64,000 nt of DNA from Octopus vulgaris (GCA_951406725.2 OX597818.1:33852001-33916000); one strand, 5' to 3'. Positions 12,389 to 25,000 are shown, numbered from the stretch's first letter. Notes: generated from the letters alone by a model not told the origin. Program-made: numbers and translations.

Positions 12389-12816
12389 GGATCTTTTCGG
12401 TTTGAACGGCAGTTTTTAAAAATAATTTCTATGTAACTAAACACTTTTAAACTTCGTATACTGGTAGAATGTGTTTATAAAACATCTTTTTCTCTTGGCT
12501 TTATTGAGAAAATTCTATAGTTTGTAAGATAATTGTTGTTGTTTTTCTTCAATTTCTGCAATTTCAACCAATCAATGACGTCTATTGAGGTGAAAACATT
12601 CTGTGCAGTATGAATATGTCCCTCGTTTAAGAAACAGATTGGGTTTATTTACATTTCTGAAGAAAAAAGATACCCTTCCCCCCACCCCTAACCCTAACCC
12701 TAACTCTAACCCTAAAACAGATGGAAATGCAATATATCGATACTAGGGTCATAATTATGGGTGACAATTTCATATGACACCGCTAGAAAAAACTGCCGTT
12801 CAAACCGAAAATATCC
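12389..12816. mobile_element. Non-autonomous DNA transposon with GG termini, 29-bp TIRs and 8-bp TSD (Merlin-like), containing telomeric repeats
   Basis: TIRs ggatcttttcggtttgaacggcagttttt and aaaaactgccgttcaaaccgaaaatatcc. TSD ggaagtcg (12381-12388) / ggaagtca (12817-12824). (CCCTAA)n at ~12687-12716. Confidence 0.85.
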
Positions 12817-12824
12817 GGAAGTCA

Positions 12825-13490
12825 TTTTATCTTCAATGGCAACATCACCAAGAGCTGACAATGAACAAAGAGCCGAGGTTTCTCTTTCTTTAGCACAAGA
12901 ACTACTACAGATCACAAGCGACATATAAAGAGTAACAAGACGGACAAAGAGCAGGCAAAACTCAGACGAGAAGTTGAGTAGTCGGTTTCAAGGAACTTTT
13001 ATACTGGAGCCCGTGGATAATTTCCGGAAATCTTTGGCTAAGCACTGCTACCCGTAGGCAGTGGCGATTTGGAATAAACTGTATAAGCACGGAAGTGGTG
13101 TTAGCCTGGCCTGTTCGAGATGCTAGCAGAGCGACGAAACTGAACTGCACGCATTCGTCTTGTGTCCAAACATTACTGGCATTATCGAATATTTGCTGTC
13201 GCGTATAGGAGGATCTGGTTTTCGCTGAATCTATGATGAAGATCATCCCGATACCTTTCTAGATGGATGGGAAGGAGAGAATTCTTCAATTGCCCAGTGG
13301 CTTAGGAGAAAGATGTTGTGTGATGGACGCGATTGAAAGGGTTGTAGATAATCACCTTTTTCTTCGGACAAGTCCATTATCACTTTTCAATTTTCCCTTC
13401 AAAAAGAAAGTAAGAGTGGCGAAGGAAGTAGTAGGTGAATGAGAGTGGCAAGCATGGTCCGAGTGAACGTCTTTGCTCTGAGCATGAAGC
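12825..13490 (-). mobile_element. Highly decayed LINE-like remnant, interrupted by the MITE
   Basis: GC-richer coding-like block with broken minus-strand ORFs that seems to continue on the other side of the MITE. No catalytic motif recognised. Confidence 0.3.
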
Positions 13491-13659
13491 CTATAGATTA
13501 AAGAATTAGAATAGAGAAAGGGCACTTCTCAGGGTGATCGTAGTTTTATTTAGGTTTTCACAAGCATCCCTCGGCGGTCTCTGCCTTCTCGAGAACTCTT
13601 TCGTTTTTCCTTTTGTTTCTGTTTCTTCTGCTGGGTAGAAAGGATTATTATTATTATTA

Positions 13660-13698
<39 letters not shown>

Positions 13699-13701
13699 GT
13701 G

Positions 13702-13732
<31 letters not shown>

Positions 13733-14889
13733 AGGGGTGATGGTGGTGGTAGCTGTTGTTGGTTGTGTTATCAATTACTGTTTCTTATTTCTATAAGCGT
13801 ACATATTGCAGCTCTTAGCGAAAGTGAAATTGAAATTAAATCTCATCAGGTCTCGAGTACTTTTCCTCATAATATTCACATATCTAAAGAATATCTCCGA
13901 ATTTCAATTTTAATATTTCTGGTGGATTTGTAGGAGATTAAACCTCGTGCTCTCATCATATTGCACTTATTGTTCTTTCTCCACACTCTAAGCTTTAAGT
14001 CGTTGTCAATCTTGAGGATTTGCTTTGTAAATAATACTATGTCTAGCAGTTATAGATGCATTATTCATAAAAAGATCAATACTTTTCCTCTGCTGACCGG
14101 CATTGTAATCGTCATTTGTTCAAACTACACATATTTCTTGCTCAAAAATTGTAGTCGACTAAGCTATATAAAATCTTACTATATTTAGCTACCGAGTTTC
14201 CGGGACTTTTTCAAATAATTCTTGGTCGATTTAACACAAACTTGAACTGTATGTTTTTTCGAAGCTTCCAATATTATCTGCACCACGCGAGCCACAACGA
14301 TTTATATCACCGTGCTGTTTACAACATCTGGTGAAAACAGTTTTCTTGTCAGACATACATTTAAATTTTCACAGATGGCAAATATCTTACTTAAATTTAT
14401 TTACATAGAGACTTTTAATTTGGAATTATACCAGTGTCACTCATAAATTCCTCCTTTAAATAGTTGGTTAATACATTACTTTGGCGGCGTCAGTTTTCCA
14501 ATGAACTGCGAAGTTCTTTAATTTTCAATCTTTCTCCTCTGCTTTTTTTCTTCTTTGTACACGTCTATTTTGGGTACGTAAATTTCTTGATATTGTTTGC
14601 CATATTTTTTGTCAGTTGGTTGGTCTGTTGGTCTATTTCATATATAGCTTTGTTTCTGGAGTTAACTATTTCAAGGTGCGGTTTCAAATTTCGCATTGAA
14701 GAGTATATATTTTTTTTTTCGCTTCGCTAATACAGTTGCAATGCAAATAAAGTAGAAAATAAACATCTTTAGTGAAAAAAACATGGTTGTCTATCAGATC
14801 TATTTTCGCATCGATAAACCTTACAGACTTCATGCCGTATAAAACAACAAGTCCTTTATTTACGTTGAGAGATAAATAGGTGGAATTTT

Positions 14890-15180
14890 ACTTAATTCAT
14901 CCAGCCAGCCATCTTCAACAACCCCTATTCCAGCGAGTCACTGGTGTTGAGCTCCAAGCATTTCTTGTATAGAGTCCTATCAGAAGCAGCTGTTATTACA
15001 CTTTCCTGATAGATTAACAAACGTGAACAACAAATACTATATGTATAATCAAAACCCTTGGTATACCCCTATGTCTTCTACCGGTTGGCTCAGTTTCAAG
15101 AATCTGTCTTGAGTTCTTTTCGTATGACAATCTAACCATACGTCCGTAATACCGGATCTGCGACCTCTCATTCTACCATT
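14890..15180 (-). mobile_element. Decayed RTE-like LINE 3' end
   Basis: Fragmentary minus-strand translation resembles the RTE C-terminal ...RQIL.TEPTGRR.RG.P pattern. Confidence 0.35.
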
Positions 15181-15417
15181 TTACTTTCAGTCATTACATC
15201 ATTGCCAAAGGTGACTATTATTTGTTCATACTTCTGTCCTAGGCAATATAACCTTCTGAGTTTGCATTATTTATTTCAGCAATAGAGGCATTGATATTAC
15301 TCTGCTACATGTAGAGTTAAAATGAATACTTTAATTCGATCTGGTACAAAACTGATAGCTATTTCATCAACTGTGGTGTTGTTTTCCTTGACAGGAAAAG
15401 AAAACAACACCACCGCT

Positions 15418-15491
<74 letters not shown>

Positions 15492-15593
15492 CAGCCGACT
15501 GAAACTGCGCTTGCGCGGTGAATTTGGAAGATTAAAATATATAATGATGAGACACGTGTTATTCTGTCTCTAAATTATACGTTAATGTCTGGC

Positions 15594-15667
15594 GTACCCA
15601 CTGATGAGAACTTTGCCTAGCAAATTGTTTTATTTGCTAATTAAAGTTCGAAATCTAGGTCTGGCTG
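15594..15667 (+). ncRNA. Minimal type I hammerhead ribozyme motif
   Basis: cca-CTGATGA-[gaacttt..tagcaaat/atttgcta..aaagttc]-GAAA-T-CTAG-G-TC-tgg. Intact core, long stem II, GUC site, short stem I. Confidence 0.7.
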
Positions 15668-15828
15668 TAAAAATAATGGTAAAAGTTTTTTTTTCATTCC
15701 CTTCGAAATTGCTCTTAAATGTGGTTTTGTATGTTCTTACTGCTCCTTCTAGCATGTAAGGCGGCCTGTAAAGATCACCTCTTTTTGTGTTTAAATGTAC
15801 ACTAATTTTATACTGGTCTATATGTATG

Positions 15829-15903
<75 letters not shown>

Positions 15904-16244
15904 TACTTGGAGACACAAAGCATTTTATAAAAGCTTCCCTAAAATCGCATCTTCAATGCACAAAACAATTAGTAGCTCGTTTTCTGTTTTGTTTTTTACT
16001 GTGTACATTCAATGATATTTATTTCTCACTGGATGAAGTACTTTATCTGTTTATCTAGGCTCTTTATCCTTCCTGAATGAGAAATCCTGAAGAGAGGTAA
16101 CTCTGCGCAGACTTAAAACCTTAGCTTTAACTAAGAGACAGTCAACAATACTGTTTAAGTTATGCTGTTGGACTGCTCAGTCAGAAAAAAATTCAAGTTT
16201 CGGATTAAATCCTGCTCAGAGTAACCTCTTCCTTCGGTATTTTG

Positions 16245-16283
16245 CACTAAGGAAGGCTAAAGAGCCAGAAACGCTACGTCTGG
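16245..16283 (+). ncRNA. Degenerate hammerhead motif (G5>A) in a PLE-like tail
   Basis: ca-CTAAGGA-a-ggct-aaag-agcc-a-GAA-ACG-cta-CGT-C-tg. Confidence 0.45.
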
Positions 16284-16534
16284 GAATCAGATAAAGGACA
16301 ACGCTGGTTAGATATGATACTTTCACAGCTTATACTACAAGTTAAACTTTTTCCTTCTCCTAGGTAACTGCAGTGAATTTGCCTTTATCACAAACATATT
16401 TTAACTAACCTAAACTTCAGTTCGTGCATGCGTAACCACTACTTGGTGCTGATACTATTGAATATATGTATATATGTGTGAGTGAGTGTGCATGTGTATA
16501 CACGCGCGCACACACATATATATATGTACTTCGT

Positions 16535-16645
16535 CTACGAAATCCACTCAAAATATTTTGGCCGATCTGGGGCTACAAAAGTAGACACCTGCATAAGGTC
16601 CTGCGCAGTGAGACCGAACCCAAAACCACATGGTTGCAAAGCAAA
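16535..16645 (-). mobile_element. Partial SINE family A copy
   Basis: cgtctacgaaatccactca...gaccgaacccaaaaccacatggttg. Confidence 0.6.
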
Positions 16646-16711
16646 TGGACATATATCTGCGCTTACCATTCTACATTCCAGATATATTATTACATATACG
16701 TTTAGGAATAT

Positions 16712-17152
16712 TATTTACATTATTTACATTCGACGAATATTTGTCCTCATCTTGTTTGTTGTTAACACAACGTCTCAGCTGATATAGCCTCCAGTCCCCT
16801 TCAGGTGTGTTGGGGAAATTTCGAACCTGGGTTCTCATTTCTAACCACTACACCTTGGATTCATAGCACGGCATGATTCATAGCACGGGCTCCTAACCCC
16901 AAGATTCCAAGTTCGATTCCAAGCAGTGACCTGAACAATAACAATAACAATAACAACAACAACAACAACAATAATAATAACATCGAAAAATACCTTAGGA
17001 ATGAGAAACCAGGTTCGAAATTTCCCCAAGACACCTGATGAAGTCTGGATGGTATATCTGCCGAAACGTTGTGTTAACAACAAACAAGATTAGGACAAAT
17101 ATCCGTCGAATGTAAATAATGTACATAATTCCTCATCTCTTAAATATAGAAC
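16712..17152 (+). mobile_element. Non-autonomous PLE-like retroelement: inverted partial pseudo-LTR + tRNA-like segment + hammerhead-bearing pseudo-LTR + tail; 15-bp TSD
   Basis: TSD tacgtttaggaatat at 16697-16711 and 17153-17167. Arms 16712-16844 and 16995-17128 are inverted. B-box gttcgattcc at ~16911. Confidence 0.8.
17030..17075 (+). ncRNA. Minimal type I hammerhead ribozyme motif
   Basis: gacac-CTGATGA-a-gtctggatggtatatctgcc-GAAA-CG-T-T-gtgtt. Stem II is partly mutated; a decayed antisense copy lies at ~16765-16810. Confidence 0.65.
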
Positions 17153-18559
17153 TACGTTTAGGAATATCATGTAGTATCTTTGAAGAGAATTTTAACCAAC
17201 ACTTCCTTATTTGCCAACACTAGAAAAATGTTTTGATCTCCTCTCGTAATACGTTTTGACCGAATTCCATTACACAACGTTTCAATTGAAACAGTTTCAC
17301 ATCATCTTGCTGTTCTTAGTAAGTTATGTAACAAGAGCAGATATAATAAGAAATATATACAATATAAAAATGATTACGAGATAAACTGCAGAGCGTATCT
17401 AATTATCTGCTATATATAATTTCATTTATGAATTATTGAAATAGATTATTTCCAAAATGATAGTCTAAAGTCTCAGGAAGATTTCATTTCTTACAACAAT
17501 ATTCACTTTCTTCATATACTTTTTATTAATGTAATGCTACTTATGTATTTTCTGTTTCTCTATCTAATATAGTTCTCCTATATTTTCGTGTTCTTTCCAC
17601 GATATTGCATTGTACTACCTATCATCTAATTATATTCTATCCAAGACTACAACTACTATTCTGTGTTTTGATTTGAATTCCTCTCATTTGGCATTGATTA
17701 TATGCTAGTTTCACTGATGCTTTTGTTTCTTCTACCTGTTGTTGCTGTCTTTTCTTTTCCTGATATGTCGCGTTTGAACGGTACAAGACATTTTCCATCG
17801 TCTAATTTCTTTTACTTACTTCAACGTAGTTTTTGATCTTCGCTTGCAATTTTGCATTGTGGTTTCTTTCATTTCCATTCAACTTTGTATACGTTTTTGT
17901 GATTTAAATTGGTGAAAAAAACCTTCTTCCTGTGGAATCATTTATTTTGTCTCATACTTTTAGAGGTGAATTGGTAACATACCTAATTTATTCTGGTTAA
18001 ATTCACCGAAGTTCCTTTCTTGAAGTTTGATATTTATATCATTATTTTATCGTCTATTCTTAGCTTCGGGGTATTATATATTTCAGTAATGGGAAACTAT
18101 TTTGAGAATTCTTCTACTCTTTAGATTTTCTTTGTTCCTTTTATGAAAATCTACAGAATTTTAGTTGAGTAGTGATAGAATCTCGTGCAGTTTCTTTATA
18201 TTTTCTTATTAGTTCAAGTGCAAATTTAGTTCATATCTCAAGAGAACTGCTGCCTTTCATGCTATGCATTTTAAATTCTTCAGTATCAGGTGCAATGAAT
18301 TATAAATTTAAATTTCACAGGTTTTCTTGTTTAGTATTTCATTGATCTCCTTGGCTTTATTAGCTGTTATTATCTTTAGAACTGAACATTTATGCATATA
18401 AGCATTTTCCATTCATTTCTTTTTTCATATTTACATGAGACCAGTAACAGTCATTGTCTTCATCGATAATCATCGACGAAATATGATAACAGCATACAGG
18501 TATTGAACTGTATCAAGCATAAACGTTTGTCTGTCTATATTAGCTGTTTTTCCATGCTT

Positions 18560-18640
18560 GTGGTGGGGAACCTATACGCCAAGGAAATCAGGAAACCGGC
18601 CCTTATGAGCCAGGCATGGCTCGAGAAGGAACAAACAATC
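18560..18640 (+). mobile_element. LINE (RTE-like) 3' terminus
   Basis: ggaaaccggcccttatgagccaggcatggctcgagaaggaacaaacaa: hairpin plus short simple-repeat tail typical of LINE ends. Confidence 0.35.
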
Positions 18641-20151
18641 TTTTCAGTGATTGAAACACTTTTCATCATAGATCTATTCAATCAGAGATCTGCCTACAGT
18701 AAACGACGACAACATTTAGACTATTTCTCGTTATTACATTAATATCAAATCAGTTGCATGTTAATTTCTTCTTTCTGAGCCATTTTATTGAAAGAAGACC
18801 CTTGGTAACTTCCTTGACGAAGGTTAGTCACTCATCATCGGATTTTGTGGGAGAATACAAAAGCAATTTCATGTTACATTCTCGGTGTAGTGTTTTATTT
18901 TGTTTACGTGGTACCATCCTGTCAACTAGATGCCGTCAGATTCTCCACAACCTGCCTAAGTTCCCAGACAGGTGTAATGAATAACGGTGAGTATTTATTT
19001 ACTCGAACAACAGAATACTACTCTTAAAACTAAAGCATAGGTGGTTGAGTATCCCATATTCAGTGAACACTTAACACAGTACTGAAACTATGTTAGTGTG
19101 TTACCGTGAAAGGCTGAGCCATAGAAATATAGGTGCAATCCAAAAAGCGGGAAAAAGAGAAGAACGTGGCCCCAGGAATGTATATGTATATGAGTTATTG
19201 ACCCTGGGAAGGTGAAAGTAGAGGACCCATTCAAATACTACAGGGCATGTTGTCGAACGTTCTCATAATTCCGCCAATCTATCGTCCTGTACACATACTA
19301 TATTTATTTGCCTCACATAATATGAAAGACAAAGTTCACCGCGGGATGATTTGAACTCAGAACGTACGAAGCTTCAACGAAAACAGCAGGTCCAAAGATT
19401 CTGCCTGCTCGACTCTCTTCGTCTTTAAAAATTTCGGACAGTTTTCCCCAATAGAAATAATCAATTTAAAAGAAATAAATTAAAAAGGAAGACAAGTCTT
19501 TTTGATAAATCCTATATCTGTAAGCTTCAAAACTATTATTTATTGACATTTTGAAATATGTGTTAAAGCTTACTCTCAGAGGATACGATTATCTGGAGTG
19601 GTCGCTATCAAGTAACAAATCAATTGAAGTCAATAACCCAGTCCAGAACACGTATAGCAAAACCAATATATTCTACTCCTAAACTATCTTTCGATTGCAA
19701 CCTATTATTTTCTCATTTTTCATCCATGAAATTTCAGGAAACTGAGAAGTTGTATATGTATCAAGTATGAAGTAATATTTTTACTTATTTATTTATTTAT
19801 CTCGCGGGGAATTGCACATATTTCAATATATGTGTTCGTTGCTTTATGTATGTGGTGGTTTTGAATGAAACATTATAAAGTATTGTTTATTATTATAACG
19901 ATTATTGTTTTAGATGGTAGTGATGTTGATGCGGTATCGTGTTGCCTGAAAGCGTAGAGCACCAAACTACATTTTCTAGTTCTGGTCTTGCATGTTCACG
20001 ATTTATATACTACTAGAATGACCTTTGCCTACTGTGTGGGTAAAAGTAAGTACCTGTCATATCCTGTAAACGTATGAATAGGATTATCCTATCCTTTATA
20101 AAAAAAGAAATAGGCAGACAGGCAAAAGCACCCAATGCTAAAATAATATAT

Positions 20152-20636
20152 ATTTCTTTACTACCCACAAAGGGCTAAACATAGAGAGGACAAACAAGGA
20201 CAGACAAAGGGATTAAGTCGATTACATCGACCCCAGTGCGTAACTGGTACTTAATTTATCGACCCTGAAAAGATGAAAGGCAAAGTCGACCTCGGCAGAA
20301 TTTGAACTCGGAACGTAACGACAGACGAAATACGGCTACACATTTCGCCCGGCGTGCTAACGTTTCGCCCAGCTCGCCGCCTTCCCGATGCTAACATAAT
20401 ATATGTTTCTTTATTACCCACAAGGGGCTAAACACAGAGGGGACAAACACGGACAGACAGAGGAATGAAGTCGATTACATCGACCCCAGTGCGTAACTGG
20501 TACTTAATTTATCGACCCCGAAAGGATGAAAGGCAAAGTCGACCTCGGCGGAATTTGAACTCAGAACGTAACGGCAGACGAAATACGGCTACGCATTTCG
20601 CCCGGCGTGCTAACGGTTCTGCCAGCTCGCCGCCTT
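20152..20636 (-). mobile_element. Two tandem full-length SINE family B copies (20152-20383, 20405-20636)
   Basis: Each is the reverse complement of aaggcggcgagctgg...gagttcaaattc...taaagaaa. A 21-bp repeat cccaatgctaaaataatatat occurs at 20131, 20384 and 20637. Confidence 0.9.
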
Positions 20637-21127
20637 CCCAATGCTAAAATAATATATAAAAACAATATTTGGGTTATGATTTAATCCTCAGTATATTTTC
20701 TCCTCTTTGCCGTGAACAAAGTCCTCAGTTGTAACTAACAGAAAAAAAAAACTGTTTTATAATCGCTCATTTTGTTATTATTATTATTCTGCTTATAAAA
20801 TAATTATGAGTTCGATACTCGAATAAGTCGCTTTGATAGTTCTGTCTTCCAAAGGAATTTTCCATTCGTGTTTGTGTTATGAATCTTATGATTATCGTTT
20901 CTATGTCGAGATGTGTAGATACGTTTTCCATGTCTACATGTTTACTCTGTGTTTATTACGGCACATTTTACTTATTTGATATGCAAACATTTATTCACGA
21001 ACATTCCTTGGATAAACTAAAGGACATTGAGTTAATTTTGGACATCCATAAATATGTACTTATGGACATACATACACCATGTATAAATATGAATGTGTGC
21101 GTGCGTAAGTGTGCGTAAGTGTGCGTA

Positions 21128-21198
<71 letters not shown>

Positions 21199-21694
21199 AA
21201 GAGTGGCCGAAATAATACACCAGCAGAATAAATTACATGAATATTCAGTTTTCTCCATTGCTGTTTATGCCAATAAGGTCAATAAAATAAGTACCAGTGC
21301 TACATTACGGTCATTAAAATAAGTACCAGAGCTACATTAAGGTCATTCAATTTTGTTTTTGTTTTGTTTTAGTTTTCCCCTTTAGAAAAATTCGCTTTTT
21401 GTCCCACGAAAGAAGCGAGTAAATGTGTAAAAAAAAGTATTATACATAATAATCTTTCGAAATATTTCTTTCCATTAGGTCTGAAGAATTCATTAAATTG
21501 CTGTCTAGATCCCCGGCATTGACATTTAGTCAGTAGACCCATGATTAAAGACATTCCACTTGTGATCATCGCAGTAGCTTATATTTTCTTTCCTTGCTTG
21601 AGATGGCAAGGGTGTAAAAGGAGGTCGGTTTGACTATTCAGATACGAGAGATTTTTATTCATAACTTTTTTCCCGTCAATTATTGTTTCGGCTG

Positions 21695-21980
21695 CACCTA
21701 AAGCTCCTCGAGGCCCGGCAGGGGATGGTGGTGATCCCTGCTGTACTCTTTCACCACAACTTTCTCTCACTCTTACTTCCTGTTTCTGTTGTACCTGTAT
21801 TTCAAAGGGCCGGCCTTGTCACTCTCTGTGTCACGCTGAATATCCCCGAGGACTACGTTAAGGGTGCACGTGTCTGTGGAGTGCTCAGCCACTTACACGT
21901 TAATTTCACGAGCAGGCTGTTCCGTTGATTCGGATCAACCGGAACCCTCGTCGTCGTAACCGACGGAGTCCTTCCATCCA
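21695..21980 (+). mobile_element. 5'-truncated SINE family C variant with 11-bp TSD
   Basis: TSD tgtttcggctg at 21684-21694 and 21981-21991. Shares gatccctgctgtactctttcaccac with the 42462 element. Confidence 0.8.
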
Positions 21981-22333
21981 TGTTTCGGCTGATTGTTCGA
22001 AAATAACAGAATTATATAGAAAAGTAGGTTTCTTTTAATATCCGTACATTGAAGACATTTTAAAGATTGAGTTGGATGGATATTGAAAGACATTTTAAGG
22101 AGTTAATTGTTTCCTGTCCTTAAAAGTTATAACGTAAACTCTGAACAGTAAAGAATTTTCTGAGATACTTTATGGTTTACATAAGGTATCTCAGGAAATA
22201 TTTCCAGGCTATTGATGCCTATCATTAAACAGCTCCTATACTTTGATACCTTTTTTCCAGAAAATTAATATTTGACAGATTCTTGCCAGATATTGATCAG
22301 CGATCTGTAACACAAAAGCATCCTCTCTCTCTA

Positions 22334-22398
<65 letters not shown>

Positions 22399-23689
22399 AT
22401 CGCTCTCATTCACTTTCTGTTTGTCTCTCAATTTCATTTCCTAAATTCACTTTTAGACTTAAACTGGTCCCATTCATTCTACTGTGTCTATACAAAACCT
22501 TCCGGAAAATAGTCCTCTACATCGGCCCGAATACGGATTTGATGAGGAACAAAGAAAGGAACATCTATGCATTAAGCTTGACCTGGTAGAAATAGCAGTC
22601 AAATTTCCCTCAGATCACATCCAACTGTCTTAATGTATAAAGACATCGGCTATTTTTACAGAAGTACTATTTATAAAGTAACAAGATGGTCACCGTTGAC
22701 ATCTCTCTTTAAATATCGGTTTGTTTCTATTAGGACTATCATGCAGCAGAACACCAAAAGCATAATATCCCGACTAAATAGTATCCCTAAATCATCGGAC
22801 ATTATTGCAAATATATCAACCGTCAGATATCGTCTACTGTTTTCGAAATTGGAACCAAGGGTTTTATGCTGTCAATCATAGAACAATATTTCCTCCAACC
22901 AAGTCGAAGTAATTACGTCTCGGGACGTCAAACAAAAGTGTAGTTCAACTATCTCATAACATGTATTCAACAGAACTAGTCAATAATGATAATCTCCTTT
23001 AATAAAACTCTTGTGTTTTTCTCCGTCATAGCATATGAATGAGAAAGGAGGGGTGATAGATGAATAAGGAAGGAAGGAAACAAGGAAGCAAGGAAGGAAC
23101 GAACGAACGAACGAACGAAGGGGTGATGGCAAATTTGGTAGTGGGATGATGGAAATTCTAAGGTGAAAAAATCAAACAGCGTTTCAACTTTGTGTGGGTA
23201 TATGTGCGTGTATATAAAAGGGAGGTATGTGAATGTGTGTGTGTGTGTGCAATGGGAGTGAGCATATGTGTGTATGTGTGAGCGTGTACAAGGAAAATAG
23301 GTGGATGTTTTTGTGAATCAGCGTTCTTTCACTAACATACGATGAGTGATGTAACATCTCAAAGGACAACCATTAGATAACATTGAGAAGTGTATCAATT
23401 TGATTTACTATCCCTATTCTATCTCGTATTTTGTCACGGCCAGTTTTATGTGGCCTGAAGTCGTACAAGAAGGAAGAAAACCGTAAAAATTCTCTTGAAG
23501 GAAACAAGCAGTCAAAGAATGTTAGTGGCGGAGAGATTTTTTACAAAAAATTTGTTAATAAAAGAATTATTAAACTAAAAACTTGGTTTTGTACCTTATT
23601 TATATACAAAATACTATAATTAGCCGTCATTTTTGACGGCACAGGGCCAGATAATAATGGTATATTTTTCAAATTCTGGCTCAAGGAGC

Positions 23690-24296
23690 GAAGGTAAGTT
23701 GATTACATTGAACCCAGTAGTCAGCTGGTATTTATTCTATCTACGCAAAAGAGGATGAAAGGTAACGTCGACTTCGGTGAGATTTGAACTCTGGCCGTAA
23801 ACACAGACGAAATTTCGCTTAACGTTTTGCCCGGCGTGCTGATGATTCTACCAGCTCACCACCATTTGATGATAATAATATTGGTTTCAAATCTTGGTAC
23901 AAGGCCACCAATGTCAGGGGAAAGGTCGCAGTCAATTACATCAACTCTAGAGCTCAAATGATACTTATTTCATCAACCCCAGAAGGATGAAAATCAAAAT
24001 TAATTTTGGCGGAATTTGATCTTTGAACGGAAAGACGGGCGAAATGCCGCTAAGCACTTCTGTCGGCGTACTAAAAATTCTGCCAGCTCGCCACAGAGAG
24101 GACAAACAAGGGCAGACAAACGGACTAAGTCGATTATATCAACCCCAGTTCGTAACTGGTACTTAATTAATCGACCCCGAAAGGATGAAAGGCAAAGTCG
24201 ACCTCGGCGGAATTTGAATTCAGAACGTAACGACGGGCGAAATACCGCTAAGCATTTCGCCCGGCGTGTTAACGCTTCTGCCAGCTCGCCGTCTTA
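23690..24296 (-). mobile_element. Cluster of three SINE family B copies of differing divergence
   Basis: Three repeats of the gatgaaaggcaaagtcgacctcggcggaatttgaac-like core. Confidence 0.85.
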
Positions 24297-24671
24297 CTAG
24301 TCGAGACGTGTCACCAAATTGTGGAAATAATGGGACCCTACATGATCATCAAAAGTTGTTATTTTTGTTGTTGTTATCGCTTTATTGTTCGGTCTTTTTG
24401 GAGCAGAGTAGACTTGTAGTCAAAGGTTTCAGGTTTATGGTCATCCTGTCTCTTGTGTCAGGTATACTGCTTATAAGGCCTTATAAAACTGTATCCTTTT
24501 TTTTTCAAGGACGAAAGTGGTCAAATATAGGCTCGCTCATTGAGTCGTTAACTGTAATGTTGAGTTTGAAATCGCATACTGGAGATTGTACAATGAAAGA
24601 CTGCTCCAAGCCGTGGAATTTTCAAAATACTTTAGGCCACTCCATCCAAGGAATGGTTATCTTCATCCTCA

Positions 24672-24674
24672 AGT

Positions 24675-24733
<59 letters not shown>

Positions 24734-24764
24734 CATCATCATCATCATCATCATCAGCAGCAGC

Positions 24765-24813
<49 letters not shown>

Positions 24814-25000
24814 TAGTAGTAGTAGTAGTAGTAGTAGTAGTAATCGCAGCAGCAGCAGCAGCAAAGGCATGAGGGAAAAATAGGAGTAGTTGGAGTAGTA
24901 GCACCAGCACCAGCACAAGGAGGAGGAGAAGATGAAGAAAGTGACAATTCTGGCAGTGGTAGTGGTGGTGGTGGTGGTGGTGGTGGTGGTCATGATGGTA
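24672..25000. repeat. Compound trinucleotide microsatellite (GCA/GTA/TCA/GTG)
   Basis: Direct reading. Confidence 0.95.

Noticed and set aside
16860-16932. Functional tRNA gene (also the SINE head at 42462)
   Set aside because: T-stem and acceptor stem do not pair and the 5' part is missing; a tRNA-derived element head only.
17600-18480. Possible LINE ORF1/endonuclease remnant on the minus strand (similar coding-like blocks at 45300-46050 and 63750-64000)
   Set aside because: Too decayed to assign by eye; needs a profile search.
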